A stretch of 63,986 nt of DNA, filler included, from Limisphaerales bacterium (lineage in GTDB: Bacteria > Verrucomicrobiota > Verrucomicrobiia > Limisphaerales > SIBE01): NCBI GenBank assembly GCA_044225505.1. It is 12 parts of 12 records of this genome, joined end to end, with 100 filler letters (N's around TTAATTAATTAA, not from the genome) between each part and the next. Parts side by side here need not be neighbours in the genome. Positions count along the whole stretch, not along the records: positions 61,958 to 63,986 come from JBGAIN010000342.1; 11 more parts are not named here. The stretch is one strand, 5' to 3'. Positions within the stretch are counted from its first letter, which is position 1, and every line of letters starts with the position of its first letter. Positions 62,697-63,986 of this stretch are shown piece after piece. The position numbers and the translations under genes are program-made. The notes beneath the pieces were generated by a model that saw only the letters and a program-made list of their open reading frames with translations, did no database searches and was not told the origin of the DNA.

Positions 62697-62915
62697 CAAA
62701 AGAGGTGTCGGAATCGGAATCGGGATCGAAAGGATGCGGCCTGGGATTTGGTCGTGAGCCGTTGGACGTGAACCACGCTGCCATTAACTACGTGGGCCGG
62801 TTCTATCCAGGAACGATACCGATACCGATACCGACCCCGAAGGAAGCATGCCGCCGGCAAATCGCCAACCAAGCGCTTCACCGAATGCAGCTCCGCCGCG
62901 TCGGTGACCTTATCG
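62691..62915 (+). mobile_element. ORF-less gene cassette: internally deleted four-helix-bundle cassette with inverted hexamer repeats
   Basis: 62726-62797 matches 6175-6246 and 62814-62870 matches 6577-6638. (TCGGAA)n at 62708-62731 is inverted relative to (CGATAC)n at 62814-62840. Confidence 0.82.
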
Positions 62916-62921
62916 TTAGCC
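62863..62921 (+). mobile_element. attC site 3 (59 bp)
   Basis: R'' CGCCAAC; TCACCGAATGC pairs with GCGTCGGTGA; R' GTTAGCC. Confidence 0.85.
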
Positions 62922-62932
62922 AAATTTCGCAG

Positions 62933-63986
62933 ATGATGCGTTTTCCATTTTGGTGCATTTGCCTGATCGCAGTCTTGATACTTCTGAGCGTGCATGCCTT
63001 CGGGGAGCCGTTCCGAAATCTGGGTTTCGAGGAGGCCGTTACCAATAACATTTCGCTGCTCGAACGCCCAGCCGGGCAGATCGGGTTGGGTCCCGTTTCC
63101 GAGTTATTGCCTGGGTGGCAGCTCTCGCAGGGTCCCAACGCTTTAACTGATGTCGGCGTGGTGATTGGGCCGTTTGATCCTCCCCCCACCGAACCCGCTC
63201 TTTTCAGTTCGTTTCCAGCGCTGGAAGACTTCATAGAGGGGAGTTACGCGCTGGCGCTCAGGAGTTCTCGTGAGATGCCGTGTTCTTTGGTTCAGGAAGC
63301 AACGATCCCAGCGGACGCTTTTAGCCTTCGTTACAAGCATTTGGGAGATCCATTCAGAGTTGAGTTCAATGGCCAAACAATTCCGCCGTTGCTTGGGCGG
63401 TTTGCCGACGCAGGTGGATCGCCGCAGTATCCCGCGTTTAGTATTGGCGCTTTTCGGGGCCAAAAGGTCGCACTAAGGTTCATCCAGCAATTAAGCGATA
63501 GGGATACGTCTCGCACGTTTTTAGCCAGTGCCATTGATCAGGTGGAATTCAAGGGAGCGACTCCTATTGATTACTGGGCGGCAAAGGATTCGGGCGTTCC
63601 TGGGATCTCGCTTCGGCGGGTTGCGGAGGGCCCTAACGGCGCGATAACAGTCGGAGAGCGCGGAACGATTCTGACATCAACGGACGGCCAACGATGGCTG
63701 CTCGCGGCAAGCCCAACCACCAACTCCTTGTATGGCGTGGTCTATGGCCAGGGACTTTGGATAGCAGTGGGAACCAAGAGCACAATCCTCACGTCCTTCG
63801 ACGGACGGCAATGGTTTCTTCGGGCTACGGATGAGGCGGGCAGCTTTTCTGCCGTGACATACGCGAGGGGCATCTTCGTAGCGGTGGGACGACAAGGTTC
63901 ATATGGCAATCCGCAAGGCAGGCTTTGGACTTCGGTGGACGGGGTGACGTGGAGAGACAAGAGTCCCTTTTCGGGTGCGGGGGTGT
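62933..63986 (+). CDS. Large exported protein with BNR/Asp-box propeller repeats (3' truncated; not in ORF track)
   Basis: Manual translation MMRFPFWCICLIAVLILLSVHAFGEPFRNLGFEEA... is open to the window end, with TSTDGQRW, TSFDGRQW and TSVDGVTW repeats. Confidence 0.85.
   Translation, partial: MMRFPFWCICLIAVLILLSVHAFGEPFRNLGFEEAVTNNISLLERPAGQIGLGPVSELLPGWQLSQGPNALTDVGVVIGPFDPPPTEPALFSSFPALEDFIEGSYALALRSSREMPCSLVQEATIPADAFSLRYKHLGDPFRVEFNGQTIPPLLGRFADAGGSPQYPAFSIGAFRGQKVALRFIQQLSDRDTSRTFLASAIDQVEFKGATPIDYWAAKDSGVPGISLRRVAEGPNGAITVGERGTILTSTDGQRWLLAASPTTNSLYGVVYGQGLWIAVGTKSTILTSFDGRQWFLRATDEAGSFSAVTYARGIFVAVGRQGSYGNPQGRLWTSVDGVTWRDKSPFSGAGV

Noticed and set aside
62708..62840. Short repeats as a CRISPR array
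   Set aside because: Hexamer tandem repeats without spacers, and no cas genes or repeat-spacer periodicity found in the window.

Overview
This window is not one locus. It is 12 short contigs joined by identical 100-bp artificial spacers (44 N + TTAATTAATTAA + 44 N). The contigs are 1-6074, 6175-11890, 11991-17595, 17696-23255, 23356-28916, 29017-34438, 34539-39871, 39972-45195, 45296-50518, 50619-56597, 56698-61857 and 61958-63986. Gene content points by inference to a verrucomicrobial (Pedosphaera-like) metagenome-assembled genome: prepilin/H-X9-DG proteins, PVC-type ECF sigma factors, DUF1080, DUF1501 and DUF1552. Housekeeping genes include ribBA, ribH, eno, purE, thiI, lpxI, ctaA and tRNA-Gly(CCC). 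The most notable structures read from the sequence are: (1) an integron-type cassette array in the last contig, with three attC sites whose core sites pair exactly as expected for integrated cassettes; (2) an ORF-less cassette in that array, which is an internally deleted four-helix-bundle gene bracketed by inverted hexamer repeats, with a longer pseudogene copy at 6175-6640; (3) an integrase-less 3-kb islet at tRNA-Gly carrying two DUF1593 genes; (4) a contig whose ends overlap and together rebuild one REP/REPIN palindrome, containing a degenerate HUH Rep-like gene and RAYT remnants; (5) thiI convergent with a DUF523-DUF1722 (RudS-type) gene, a possible s4U writer/eraser pair; and (6) a perfect Rex/CRP-type operator upstream of a respiratory operon. 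All family assignments come from motif recognition, not database searches.
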